From an uncultured Planctomycetota bacterium (GTDB taxonomy: Bacteria > Planctomycetota > Planctomycetia > Gemmatales > Gemmataceae): a stretch of 64,000 nucleotides of DNA. The notes under the pieces were generated by a model that made no database searches, had not been told where the DNA came from, and saw only the letters and a program-made list of their open reading frames with translations. Position numbers and translations under genes: made by a program. The DNA is taken from positions 608,001 to 672,000 of the forward strand of contig CAWKHF010000007.1 in assembly GCA_963849325.1 (NCBI GenBank), read 5' to 3'. Below are positions 1 to 11,354 of the stretch, one piece after another. Position 1 is the stretch's first letter. Every line of letters starts with the position of its first letter.

Positions 1-405
1 ATCGCTACGTACTTGGTCGATAGCCACAAAAGTTCTCGAATAAGTCTTCGATACAACCGAGGCGAGATGTGAAATAAGAATGAATCTCACCACTCTCCCT
101 GGACGAATCGGGCCGCACATCATAAGAATATTTCGGTTGCCTAACTCAACTCGGGAGCGCAGAAACTACACGTTAGAATAGTCCCTCGGGATGCGATCGC
201 CGCGAACGTCTTCGCGGCGATGTTTCGGCTGGCGCGATCATTGCGGCAGAGGAGCGATCTATCGCTTCCGCCCCGGCGCAACTCACGGAGGGCGGCCCCG
301 TTCGAGGCTACCCCACCAACCGAAGGGACGGGCGAGCATGACACGGGTTGCCAACAGAGTGACGAGTCGATCTCGTCGCGGATTTTCCTACTTTAAGGAG
401 ATGTT

Positions 406-744
406 ATGAATGTGAACTGGAAGAGTCGATTGCCGATGGTTCTTGCGGCCGCCCTGGTGATGGCCGCCCTGATTGTCGTAGTCCGATACCAGCCGGCGCG
501 GGCGGAGCGCCTGGCCGAGCCGGCCTCCGGCCCGCGCTACACGGTGATCGAGACTCAGGGGTTCAACCTGCTGGTCACCGACAACGCGGACAACAAGCTG
601 TACTACTATGCCACCGACAAGGACGTACCGGTCGGCTCGCCCCTGAAGCTGCGCGCCTCGCTGGACCTGACCAAAGTCGGCAAGGAGGAGGTTCCCATCA
701 AGACGCACAACCTGGAGAACATGCGCAAAAAGGAACAGAAGTAG
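406..744 (+). CDS. Hypothetical secreted/membrane-anchored protein (112 aa)
   Basis: AGGAG RBS upstream; N-terminal hydrophobic signal; GC3-rich codons. Confidence 0.75.
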   Translation: MNVNWKSRLPMVLAAALVMAALIVVVRYQPARAERLAEPASGPRYTVIETQGFNLLVTDNADNKLYYYATDKDVPVGSPLKLRASLDLTKVGKEEVPIKTHNLENMRKKEQK

Positions 745-819
745 GCAAGCCGGCCGCGGGGCACCCGCTCGCGCGAGTGGGCGCCCACGCCGGGGTCCGT
801 TTATCCGAAAGGAATTTCG

Positions 820-1137
820 ATGAGCACTTCGCTGAAAATACTAGGCGGTCTAGCGGTCCTGCTGGGATTGCTACACTCCGGGACAGCGCAAGCCCAGGTC
901 GCGGGATATGCCGGCTACAACCCGTACACGGGCAATGGCGGTCGGGCGGCGGCGGGCTATAACCCGTACACGGGCACCCACGCCGGCGGACAGAATTCTT
1001 ACAACCCGTATACGGGCGCGCGGGGCCAGAGCCGATCCGCGTACAACCCCTACACGGGCGCCTCCGCTTCTGCCCAGCGCGCCTATAACCCGTACACCGG
1101 GAGGTCTGCCTATCACTATAGCTATCGACGCCGATGA
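820..1137 (+). CDS. Small secreted protein with five YNPYTG repeats (14-aa period)
   Basis: AAGGA RBS; signal peptide ending AQA; repeats vary only synonymously. Confidence 0.75.
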   Translation: MSTSLKILGGLAVLLGLLHSGTAQAQVAGYAGYNPYTGNGGRAAAGYNPYTGTHAGGQNSYNPYTGARGQSRSAYNPYTGASASAQRAYNPYTGRSAYHYSYRRR

Positions 1138-1177
1138 GGTCCCGTGCGTCAGAGACAAACACACGGCGGAGTCCGCC

Positions 1178-2209
<1,032 letters not shown>

Positions 2210-2290
2210 TGAGACGCGGAAGAGAAGACATCCTCGGGCTGCCATCGTATGCCGGCCCGGTTTCCTTGTTGTCGCATTAGGAGAAACAAC

Positions 2291-4078
2291 ATGCTGAAAA
2301 ACACGAGGATTCAGATGTTCCTCGTGCTTGTCGCCGGCGCGTCGATCGGCTATGCCGTGGCGTCGGGCAAGCTCAACCCGTTCCAGAGGGCCGACGCCGC
2401 CCCTCCGAGAGGGTCATCCGCTGGCGAGAAGACGGAAGGCCCCCAAGCGGGGGACACGTTCGCGTGTTGCCCTCAAGGGACGAGCAAGGGTCAGCTGTTG
2501 GCCATGGCGGACCCGAGGGTGAAGGCCGCGGTCGCCAAGGCCGGGGGCAACGGTAAGAAGCCGAACATCATCTTCATCATGGGTGACGACATCGGCTGGT
2601 TCAACATCGGCGCCTACCACCGGGGCATAATGTCCGGCAGGACGCCAAACCTCGACAAGCTGGCTTCCCAGGGCATGCTCTTTACCGACTACTACGCCGA
2701 GGCGAGCTGCACGGCGGGACGGGCCAACTTTATCACCGGCGAATTGCCGATTCGCACCGGCCTGACCACGGTGGGACAGGCGGGATTCCCCTGGGCATGC
2801 CGGTGGAGGCCCCCACCATCGCCACGGTGCTGAAGTCGATGGGCTATGCCACCGGCCAGTTCGGTAAGAACCACTTGGGCGACCTCAACAAGTTCCTGCC
2901 GACGGTCCACGGCTTCGATGAATTCTTCGGCTACCTGTATCACCTGGACGCGATGGAGGATCCGGCTCATCCCAATTATCCTCAGGCACTCAAGGACAAG
3001 GTCGGGCCTCGGAACATGCTCCATTGCTGGGCTGCCGACAAGGACGATCCGACCGAGCAGCCGCGCTGGGGCCAAATCGGCAAACAGAAGATCGAGGACG
3101 CCGGCACCCTCTATCCCAAGCGGATGGAAACCGTGGACGACGAGATTCTTGGCCACGCGCTCCGGTTCGTCGAGAAGGCCCGCAAGGACGACAAGCCGTT
3201 CTTCCTGTGGCTCAACCCGACGCGGATGCACGTCGTCACGCATCTCTCGGAGAAATATCAATCGCTCCGCAATGCGAAAAATGGCTGGAGCATCCAGGAA
3301 GCCGGCATGGCGCAACTGGATGACCTCGTCGGCTCGGTCATGAAATACCTGAAGGACAACGGCCTGGAGGAGGACACGATCGTCGCCTTTTCGACGGACA
3401 ATGGCGCCGAGAACTTTACCTGGCCGGATGGCGGTCAGACGCCGTTTGCCGGCGGCAAGGGAACGGCGCTCGAAGGCGGCTTCCGCGTGCCCTGCATTCT
3501 TCGCTGGCCGGGCAAGGTGCCGGCGGGCAAGGTGGAGAACGGTATCTTCTCCGGGCTGGACTGGTTTCCGACCTTCGTCGCGGCCGCCGGCAACCCCAAC
3601 ATCGCCGAGGAACTCAAGAAGGGCAAGCAGGTCGGCGACCGCGACTACAAGGTACATCTCGACGGCTACAATCAGATGGACTTCCTCACCGGAAAGGGCC
3701 CGTCGAAGCGCCATGAAATCTTCTACCTGACGGAGACCACTCTGAGTCGCGGTGCGGATCGATGACTACAAGTACCGCTTCGCCGATCAGCCGAACGGCT
3801 GGCTTGGCGCCACGGAGAAGGTGGACTGGCCGATGATCGTGAATCTCCGCCTTGACCCGTTCGAGCGGACGGGCTTGCCCAATGGCAAGAGTGGATCCCT
3901 CGCCTATTACAACTGGTTCGCCTACGAATTCTGGCGGTTTGTGTTCGTGCAGGAAGAAGTGGGGAAGGCCGCCAAGACCCTGATCGAGTTCCCGCCGATG
4001 CAGGGAGGCGCGAGCTTCAACATGGAGGCGGTAAAGAAGCAGATCGAGGCGGCGATCCGGAAGAACCACGGGCAATAA
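2291..4078 (+). CDS. Arylsulfatase (Cys-type); two frameshifts (~2795, ~3750)
   Basis: [19 protein letters not shown] (CxxxR), GKNHLG, STDNG, GGKG..EGGFRVP motifs spread over three overlapping ORFs. Confidence 0.9.
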
Positions 4079-4167
4079 GCCGAAGGATAGATCGAAGAGG
4101 GATCGGTGGACTGGGTGATCCGTGGCGTCCGGGCGGTAAACGCCCGACGCGCGGACGTCACTCGGCC

Positions 4168-4197
4168 TTGTCGCTGTTGGTGCGCGCGGAGTATACT
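4168..4197 (+). promoter_or_regulatory. Putative sigma70 promoter TTGTCG-N18-TATACT
   Basis: Consensus-like boxes ~85 nt upstream of the C26-family ATG. Confidence 0.35.
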
Positions 4198-4281
4198 CGC
4201 GCCGCTCGCGGAGACCGGAACTCCGCTCGCCAGGCCAGGCCCGGTCGCGTGGACGGGCGTGCGTTTTCAAGGAGGAGAACG

Positions 4282-5033
4282 ATGGCCCATCAAATCCGGC
4301 CGTTCATCGGCGTCAACGCCGACTACGTGCCGGCCAGCAAGGTGAACAGCCCGCTCGTCCGTCTCGGCGCCGGCTACCTGGACACCGTCGTCGCGGCCGG
4401 CGGCCTGCCGGTGATCGTGCCGCCGTTGGGCAAGGACGTCGATGTCGATGCCTGGCTTGATCGACTCGACGGCTTCGTTTTGACCGGCGGTCTGGACATG
4501 GACCCGCGCCGCTACGGCGCCCCCACTCATTCTTCCGTGCAACCCCTGCCCGAGCGCCGCGACGACAGTGACCGGCTGCTGGTGCGCCGGCTGCTGGAGC
4601 GCCACCTACCGCTGCTGGCGATCGGCCTGGGCGCGCAGCAGTTGAATGTCGCCTGCGGCGGCAGCCTTTACCTGCACCTACCGGCGGAGATGCCGAGGGC
4701 CATGCCGCACCGCGATCCGACCGGCGCTCCGCATCGTCATACCGTGCTCATCGAGCCGAACACGCGCATGGAGGAGATTTACGGCGCCGGGGAAATCCGC
4801 GTCAACAGCGCTCACCATCAGGCCATCCGCCAGGTCGGCGCCGGCCTGCGCGTCGGCGCCCTGCGCCGGACGGCGTCATCGAGGCGATCGAGAGTACCGA
4901 TCCGCACTGGTTCTGCATCGGCGTACAGTGGCACCCCGAATCGGAGACGGCGTCCGCGCTGGATTTGCAGCTCTTCGAGTCGTTCATCCAGGCGTGCTTG
5001 CGCCAGGCCCAGTCGCTCGAACTGGCCGCGTAG
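4282..5033 (+). CDS. Gamma-glutamyl-gamma-aminobutyrate hydrolase (peptidase C26) family protein; frameshift ~4865; catalytic Cys absent
   Basis: LTGGxDxDP, VNSAHHQA and (other frame) GVQWHPE motifs; AGGAGG RBS. Confidence 0.85.
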
Positions 5034-5039
5034 GTAGTC

Positions 5040-5105
5040 GGCGAGCGGGGGGCGTCAGCCCCCTGTTGCGAGTCCGTAACAGGGGGCTGACGCCCCCCGC
5101 TCGCC
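5040..5105. repeat. REP-like palindrome, family A (GGGGGGCGTCAGCCCCCTG arms)
   Basis: Perfect inverted arms; related copy at 27752-27811. Confidence 0.85.
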
Positions 5106-5128
5106 AGCGAACACATCGGAGCCGTCTC

Positions 5129-6346
5129 ATGACCCCGCGCTGGCTGATCGGTCTGGCCTCCGGCTCCAGTGCCGACGGCGTGGATGCCGCCCTGATGGAA
5201 CTGGAGGGCATGGGGCTGGACCTGCGCGTGCGGCAGGTGCAGGGGTTGCATCAGCCTTACGGCCAGGAACTGCGGGGGCTGGTACGTCGCATCAGTACTT
5301 CGGCCCCTTGCGAGGTCCGACAAGTAAGTCTACTTCATCGCCTTCTGGGCGAGACCTTCGCTGCCGCGGCGCGGAGCGTGGCCGACCACGCCAGCCTGAG
5401 CCTGCAAAAAGTGCAGTGCATCGGCTGTCCGGGACACACGATCTGGCACGATCCCGACGGACGTTTCCCGACCACGCTGGGCCTGGGCATGGCGGCGGTG
5501 GTGGCGGAGCGCTGCGGCGTGACGACGGTGAGCGACTTCCGTGCCCGCGACGTGGCGGCCGGAGGCCAGGGCGTGCCGCTGGCGGCGCTGACCGATTACA
5601 TCCTGTTCCGCCACCCACATGAGGGCCGACTGCTCATCCACCTCGGCGGATTGGCGCGGGTCGTCTTCGTGCCGGCCGACTGCCGCATCCATGAGGTAGT
5701 CGGCTTCGAGGCCGGACCCTGCAACGTACTGCTCGACGCCCTGATGGGCCACGTCACCGGCGGCCGAACGCCGTTCGACCCTGGCGGCAAACACGCCGTC
5801 CAGGGCAAGTGCATCGACGCCCTGCTGCAAAGTTGGCTCGGCCATCCGTATTTGCAGCGCCGGCCGCCCAAGAGCCTGCCGCGACACCTGTTCGCCGACG
5901 ACTTCGCCGCCCAGGCCGTGCAGCAGTTACGCCAACGTGGCGGCAGTCTTCACGATCTGCTGTGTACCGCCACGCATTTCGTGGCCCGCGGCATCACCAC
6001 GGCGGTGCGGCGCTTCCTGCCGTCGGGACGGACCATCCATCGCGTCCTGCTCTCCGGCGGCGGCGTCCGCAACGGCTTACTGTGGCACCTGCTCGAGCAG
6101 CTGTTCGAGGGCGTTCCGTTGCAGCGCAGCGATGAGGTAGGCGTGCCCGCCGACGTGCGCAAGGCACTGTCGTTCGGCATGTTGGCGGCGCTGACGCTCG
6201 ACGGCGTGCCGGCCAACGTGCCCTCGGCCACGGGCGCGGCCGGCTCGCGCTTGCTGGGCAGCCTGACGCCCGGTTCGTCGATCAACTGGGCGCGCTGCCT
6301 GGCCTGGATGGCCGCCCAGACCACGCCGCCGTTGATGCTGGAGTAG
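5129..6346 (+). CDS. anmK: Anhydro-N-acetylmuramic acid kinase-like protein (divergent)
   Basis: GLASGSSADGVD, GHTIWH, SDFRARDVAAGGQGVPL, GGGVRN, NVPSATGA motifs. Confidence 0.85.
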   Translation: MTPRWLIGLASGSSADGVDAALMELEGMGLDLRVRQVQGLHQPYGQELRGLVRRISTSAPCEVRQVSLLHRLLGETFAAAARSVADHASLSLQKVQCIGCPGHTIWHDPDGRFPTTLGLGMAAVVAERCGVTTVSDFRARDVAAGGQGVPLAALTDYILFRHPHEGRLLIHLGGLARVVFVPADCRIHEVVGFEAGPCNVLLDALMGHVTGGRTPFDPGGKHAVQGKCIDALLQSWLGHPYLQRRPPKSLPRHLFADDFAAQAVQQLRQRGGSLHDLLCTATHFVARGITTAVRRFLPSGRTIHRVLLSGGGVRNGLLWHLLEQLFEGVPLQRSDEVGVPADVRKALSFGMLAALTLDGVPANVPSATGAAGSRLLGSLTPGSSINWARCLAWMAAQTTPPLMLE

Positions 6347-6445
6347 AAAGAGGCTCCGATCCAAACCCGCGACAAAGTGTGCGGTCTCGGCGGTCGGCGG
6401 GAAGTACCATGACAGGGAGACTCCACGTCCGCGAGGAGCACTGTT

Positions 6446-9400
6446 ATGGTTATCCGCGCCGAACCAATTCTCCATCACATCCGCCGCCTGGTCGGCCGTC
6501 CTCTCCGCGATCCCGCCGGGGATGCCGCTCTGCTCGACCGTTTCATTCATCAGGGAGACGAGGCCGCATTTCGCGCGCTGGTCGCTCGGCATGGTCCAAT
6601 GGTGCTGGGAGTGTGCCGCCGGGTGCTGCACCATCTCGCGGACGCCGAGGATGCCTTTCAAGCGACGTTTCTGGTGCTGGCTCGCAAGGCCGCGACCCTC
6701 CGTCATCCCGACGCCCTGGCCGCCTGGCTGCACGGCACCGCTCGCCGCCTCGCCCTCAAGTGTCGCCAAACCGATGCCCGGCGTCGGGACCGCGAACAAC
6801 GCCGCCCGCCAACCTCTCCTCCTTCGACAACGACCGACCCTCTGGAGCAGCTGTCAGCGCGCGAGATGCTTCTGGTGCTCGATGAAGAGCTGCAGCGCTT
6901 GCCGGAGGCGTACCGTCTTCCTCTCATCCTGTGTTATCTGGAGGGCCACACCCAGGAGGAGGCGGCTCGAATGCTGGGCTGGACGTCGGGTTCGGTGAAG
7001 GGGCGATTGGAGCGCGGCCGGGCGCGGCTGCATACTCGCCTTGTCCGTCGGGGACTTTCGCTGCCGGAAGGCTTGCTGGCCGGCGGGACGATCGCGGCGG
7101 CGCCCTCGACACTGCGGGCCAGCTTGCTGATGGCGACGAGTCGGGGGGCGTTCGCGGTCGGCGGTCACGGGTTGCCTGAGACCGTGCGTGCGCTGGCGGA
7201 AGTAGCCTTGCGCGGCTCCCCCGCGGCCCCGGTGAAGATCGGTCTGTTCCTGCTCGTGGCCACAGTCGCCGGAGTGGGCGCGCTGCGCGCTGGATGCCGG
7301 AGTTGGGAGCGCCGGAGAGGAAGGAGGGACCGACGGATTGGCCAGCGAGCCGAGACGAGAAATCCGCGCGCCTCGATCATCTCGGCGATCCCTTGCCTCC
7401 CGGCGCCATCGCCCGGCTAGGCACCGTCCGTTTGCGGCCGGGTGAGCAGGTTGTTCAGCTCGCCTTCTCGCCCGATGGCAAGCGGCTGGCCAGCTGGACC
7501 AGCAACATGCGGCTGCCCAGCCGGCTGTCGATCTGGGACACAAACAACGGACGAGAGGTGCGCGGCGTCGATGTGCCCGAAAAGGGGGGCGTCTCACTCT
7601 CCTGGCTAAAGGACGGTCGCTGCCTGGCCATCCTGTCCTTCGGTGTCAATGGTCGAGTCGTCGGGGATTTCGCCGATGAGAATACTCCTCTACCTCCGGT
7701 TGTCCCCGTCCATCAGTCGAGCGGATTCGGTTTCGCAACGAGCGAGCAGGACGACGAGTGGGACGTATGTTACGCCATCGCTCCGGAAGGCCAACGGCTG
7801 GCAATTGGTTGCTGCGGTCTAAAGGATGACCGCGAACGGCCCATCTCCCTTCGGGAACTGGCGGTCGGGCGGCGGATTAAGGATTTCAAACCGTCTCGAC
7901 AACTCGGCCGGCAACAGGGCAATTGCACGTGGCTCCATTTCACCCCCGATGGCCGATCTCTACTCGCCCTCAGCGGTTCGCGCCAGGCGCGCGAGGACAT
8001 TCTAGTTGTCTGGGACGCGGCCAGCGGCGCGAAACGCCGTCAAATGACCGTTCTCTCACCCCTTCAGCAGAACGGCATCAAAGTCTGCGCCGTCGCGCCG
8101 GATAGCAAGACCCTTGCATTGGGGCTGCCCGACGGCACGGCTAGGCTGTGGGACTTAACGACGGGGCGCGAAACACGATCCCTCACGGTCACGACCGCGA
8201 AACCGGAGACGTATCAGAACGGCGTATCGGCCGTGGCCTTTAGTCCCGATGGCAAGTTCCTCCTCACCGGCGGCCGCGATCATGTCGTGCGCGTGTGGGA
8301 GACGGCGAGCGGCAGGGAGGTGCATGCGCTGCGCGGCCATCACAGCTGGGTCGAAGCCCTGGCGGTCTCGCCGGATGGCAAGCGGATCGCCTCGGGCGCG
8401 TCGGACGGTCAAATCCGCATCTGGGACGCCGCCACCGGGGCCGACGCTTGCCCGCTGGAAGGTCATCAATATGTCCTGTGGTCCGTCGCTATTTCGCCGG
8501 ACGGCAGACACGCCGTCACCGACGCGGGCGATGGTACAGTGCGTGCCTGGAACGTGAATACGGGCCGTCCGGCGTGGTGCCGCGACCTGGGAGAACGACT
8601 CAGGGGGCCGTTCGTCTTCACGCCCGACGGCAAGCAACTCCTCGGCAGAAGCGGCAGCCGTGTCCGCTTGCTGGACGCCGCGACGGGGGCCGACGTCATG
8701 CCACCGGGTGAGATGGCGGATCATCCCGGCGGCCGGGTTTGCTTCACGCCGGATGGCCAAACCTTGGTGAGCGTCCACGAGGGAGAGGCGTCCGTCTGGG
8801 AGTGGCCCGCCGGACGACTGGTGAGACGGTTCCCGCTGCGACCCGATGTCCCTGCATCCAGCAAGAGATACTGTAACCGCGTGGCCTTCTCGCCGAATAG
8901 TCGTCAGATGCTTGCCTTGTGTGCATTCGACGCCAATCGGGGCGGCCCTCCATTAGTGGAGTTATACGATCTCAAAGGCGGTCAAAGGCCGCGTTCTCTG
9001 GGTTTGTCCGCGAGTCGGATTTGCGACGCCGCCTTCACCGCGGACGGGACCGGAGTGTTGCTCGCGGGAGCGAGCGGTGTTCGGGCGCCCGAGAAAGGAG
9101 ACGCAGACCGCCTGGCGCGAGCGCTTCGCCTGGTGGACGCGCGCACGGGGGAGACGCGACGAAGGTTCGCCGCGCCAGCGAAGGAGACAGCGGGAGAGGA
9201 GCGCGTCGCTTTCGCCCTCGCCTGCTCGGTTGACGGGCGCTCCGTGGCCAGCGCGGAGCGAGACGGACTGGTCCTGCTATTCGAGGTCGCCACCGGCTTG
9301 CCGCGCCGACGATTGGTCGGCCATCGCGGTCAGGTTATGTCTTTGACTTTCACCCCCGACGGCAAACGTCTGGTCACGGGCGGCCTCGACAGCACCGGCC

Positions 9401-9954
9401 TGGTGTGGGACGTGTCGTTGGCCGCCCTGGCCCCGCACAGCAAGATGACCGCGGACCAACTCTGGGGCGATCTCGGCAGCCTGGAGGCGCGACGCGCCAA
9501 CCGAGCGCTCGCCGGCCTGGCCGCCGCACCGGAATCCGCTGTCAGCCTGTTGGCGGAGCGGCTGCGACCGGCCAAGGGGGCGAGCACGGCCGCGATCAAT
9601 CGTCTCGTCGCCGACCTGGACAGCGATCTTTTCGAGGTGCGTCAGAAGGCATTCGCGCAGTTGGATCAGCTGGGCGAAGACATTGTCCCGGCCCTGCGGG
9701 AACGGATCGACAAGGGCGAATCGGTGGAAGTGCGGCGGCGGATCGAGTTGCTGCTGGAAAAGCACGACCGAGGAAGTGTCAATCCCGAATGGGTGCGCCT
9801 TCTGCGTGCCCTGGAAGTGCTGGAGCAGATCGGTACGCCCCAAGCGCGGCGCGTGCTCGCCGGCCTGGCGAAAGGAGCCGAGGAGAGTCGGCTGACGCGC
9901 GAAGCGAAGGCATGCCTGGCGCGATTGGCCGGACTCAGCGCCGGCAAGCCGTGA
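6446..9954 (+). CDS. ECF sigma factor with C-terminal WD40 repeats and HEAT-like tail; frameshift ~7290
   Basis: DAEDAFQATFLVL, WLHGTA, GSVKGRLERGR; GDPLPPGAIARLG; multiple AFSPDG..WD repeats. Confidence 0.88.
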
Positions 9955-10005
9955 CTACCACGGCGTGGCTCGCCGGCTGAGTCGTTTGATGTTTTATTTG
10001 CCGCG

Positions 10006-10248
10006 TTACGCCTCCGCAATGACCTCTTCTTCCGGTTCCAGGCGAACAATGTGCCGCAGCGAAACCACGTCCCACCGAGAATAAGATTCCGGATCTTGCT
10101 CCGAGGGATAGCCGATGATGACGGAAGCCAGCCCGGTCATAACCAGGTCTGGATGACGGACTTCATAGACGGTGCCATCGCTGGTGATGATGCGGAACGG
10201 CGTGAAGGGCCGACGATTTACCAAATTGCGGATGGCAGCGGGGGCCAT
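10006..10248 (-). CDS. Small conserved hypothetical protein (RPFxPFRI..SDG..YEVRHPD)
   Basis: Strong AGGAG RBS; motif pattern typical of small planctomycete proteins. Confidence 0.7.
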   Translation of the reverse strand: MAPAAIRNLVNRRPFTPFRIITSDGTVYEVRHPDLVMTGLASVIIGYPSEQDPESYSRWDVVSLRHIVRLEPEEEVIAEA

Positions 10249-10291
10249 GTTCCTTCTCCTGGATGGACGAGCGATCGACTCTATCCCTATT

Positions 10292-11354
10292 TTACAGCGG
10301 AGAGAGCGGCTGAAGTTCGAGTTGAGCGGCGAGGCGCGTGCGGCCCTCCCCGGCCAACAGCCACGCTTCCTGTTTGACCGCGTCGCTCCGTGCCGCCCGC
10401 AGACGCTCGATGAGCCGGTGCGGAGCGTACACGACGAGGCGATGGTCGGCGCGCTCCAGGCGACAGCTTTCGACCTCGGCCGACGGCAGGCCGCGTGGAT
10501 GAGACCACTCGTGCCATGCCTGTCGCCACGCCTCCGGCGACGGCTCCGCGGCCAGGTCCGGCAGCACTTCCTCCCAACCCTCCGCAAGCACCAGTTCCGG
10601 CTCCGGCCCCAGCGTCCAGTCCCTCCGATCGCACCGGGAAGCCCAGCAACGCCGGCGCACCGGCAGGTTCGGCGGTGCGGAGGAAGACGAGCGACAATGG
10701 CTCGGGACAATCGAGGATCACGCGGCGATAGTTCGTCGCCGGCGGCTCGTCGGGGCGCGGCGACAGCAGCGCCTCCACGTCGGCGGGAAAGTGGTAACAC
10801 GCCTTCCACTCCGGCGACTGTCGGATGCACGTCTCCAGACAGGCGACGTCGAAGGACCACTCCGCGACAGCCGGCGGCAAGGGAGTGGCGTGAGACGGGG
10901 GCCGCAAGGGCAAGAAGTGCGGCGGCCGGCCCAGCGTGGCCTGGTCCACGAAAGAGAACGTTCGCCGTTCCTCGCTGGCCACCGCGACGGTGCCGCCCTC
11001 CAGGGCGTGATGGCCCGCCGTCGTCAGATGCCACAGGCCCACGCCATTCTGGTGCAGTAGACCGGCGTCGGACAACTCGCGGACGAAGCGGCCCAGCACT
11101 TGCTGGTCCATTTGAAGATCGGTAAAGGAGCTTTCCAGCCCGCCGCCGCACGGGACTCGTGTGCTGGCCAGGCGTAACAGGGCACGCTGCCAGGGGTCAA
11201 GGTACCGAGATCGAGCGACGCGGACCAGGGCTTCGACGTGATGCAGCAGGAGGCGAGCGAACCCCAATTGCTGGGGGTGCCGATCGGCCAGCGTTCGCCA
11301 CCACCCCAGAAGAACACGGCTGCCGGGCCAGGGCGGGGTGGAAGCAGCGGTCAT
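10292..11354 (-). CDS. Hypothetical protein with N-terminal winged-helix-like segment; frameshift ~10620
   Basis: ATG overlaps helicase stop (ATGA); LxxxGLL...LTxxG pattern; continues in 10292-10660 ORF. Confidence 0.6.

Noticed and set aside
916-1101. Repeat-spacer pattern (18-nt repeat, 24-nt spacer) as a mini-CRISPR
   Set aside because: Variation is synonymous within an ORF that has a signal peptide, so it is a protein repeat.
2780-2800. Programmed frameshifting in the sulfatase and other split genes
   Set aside because: No consistent slippery sites, and assembly error is the simpler explanation.
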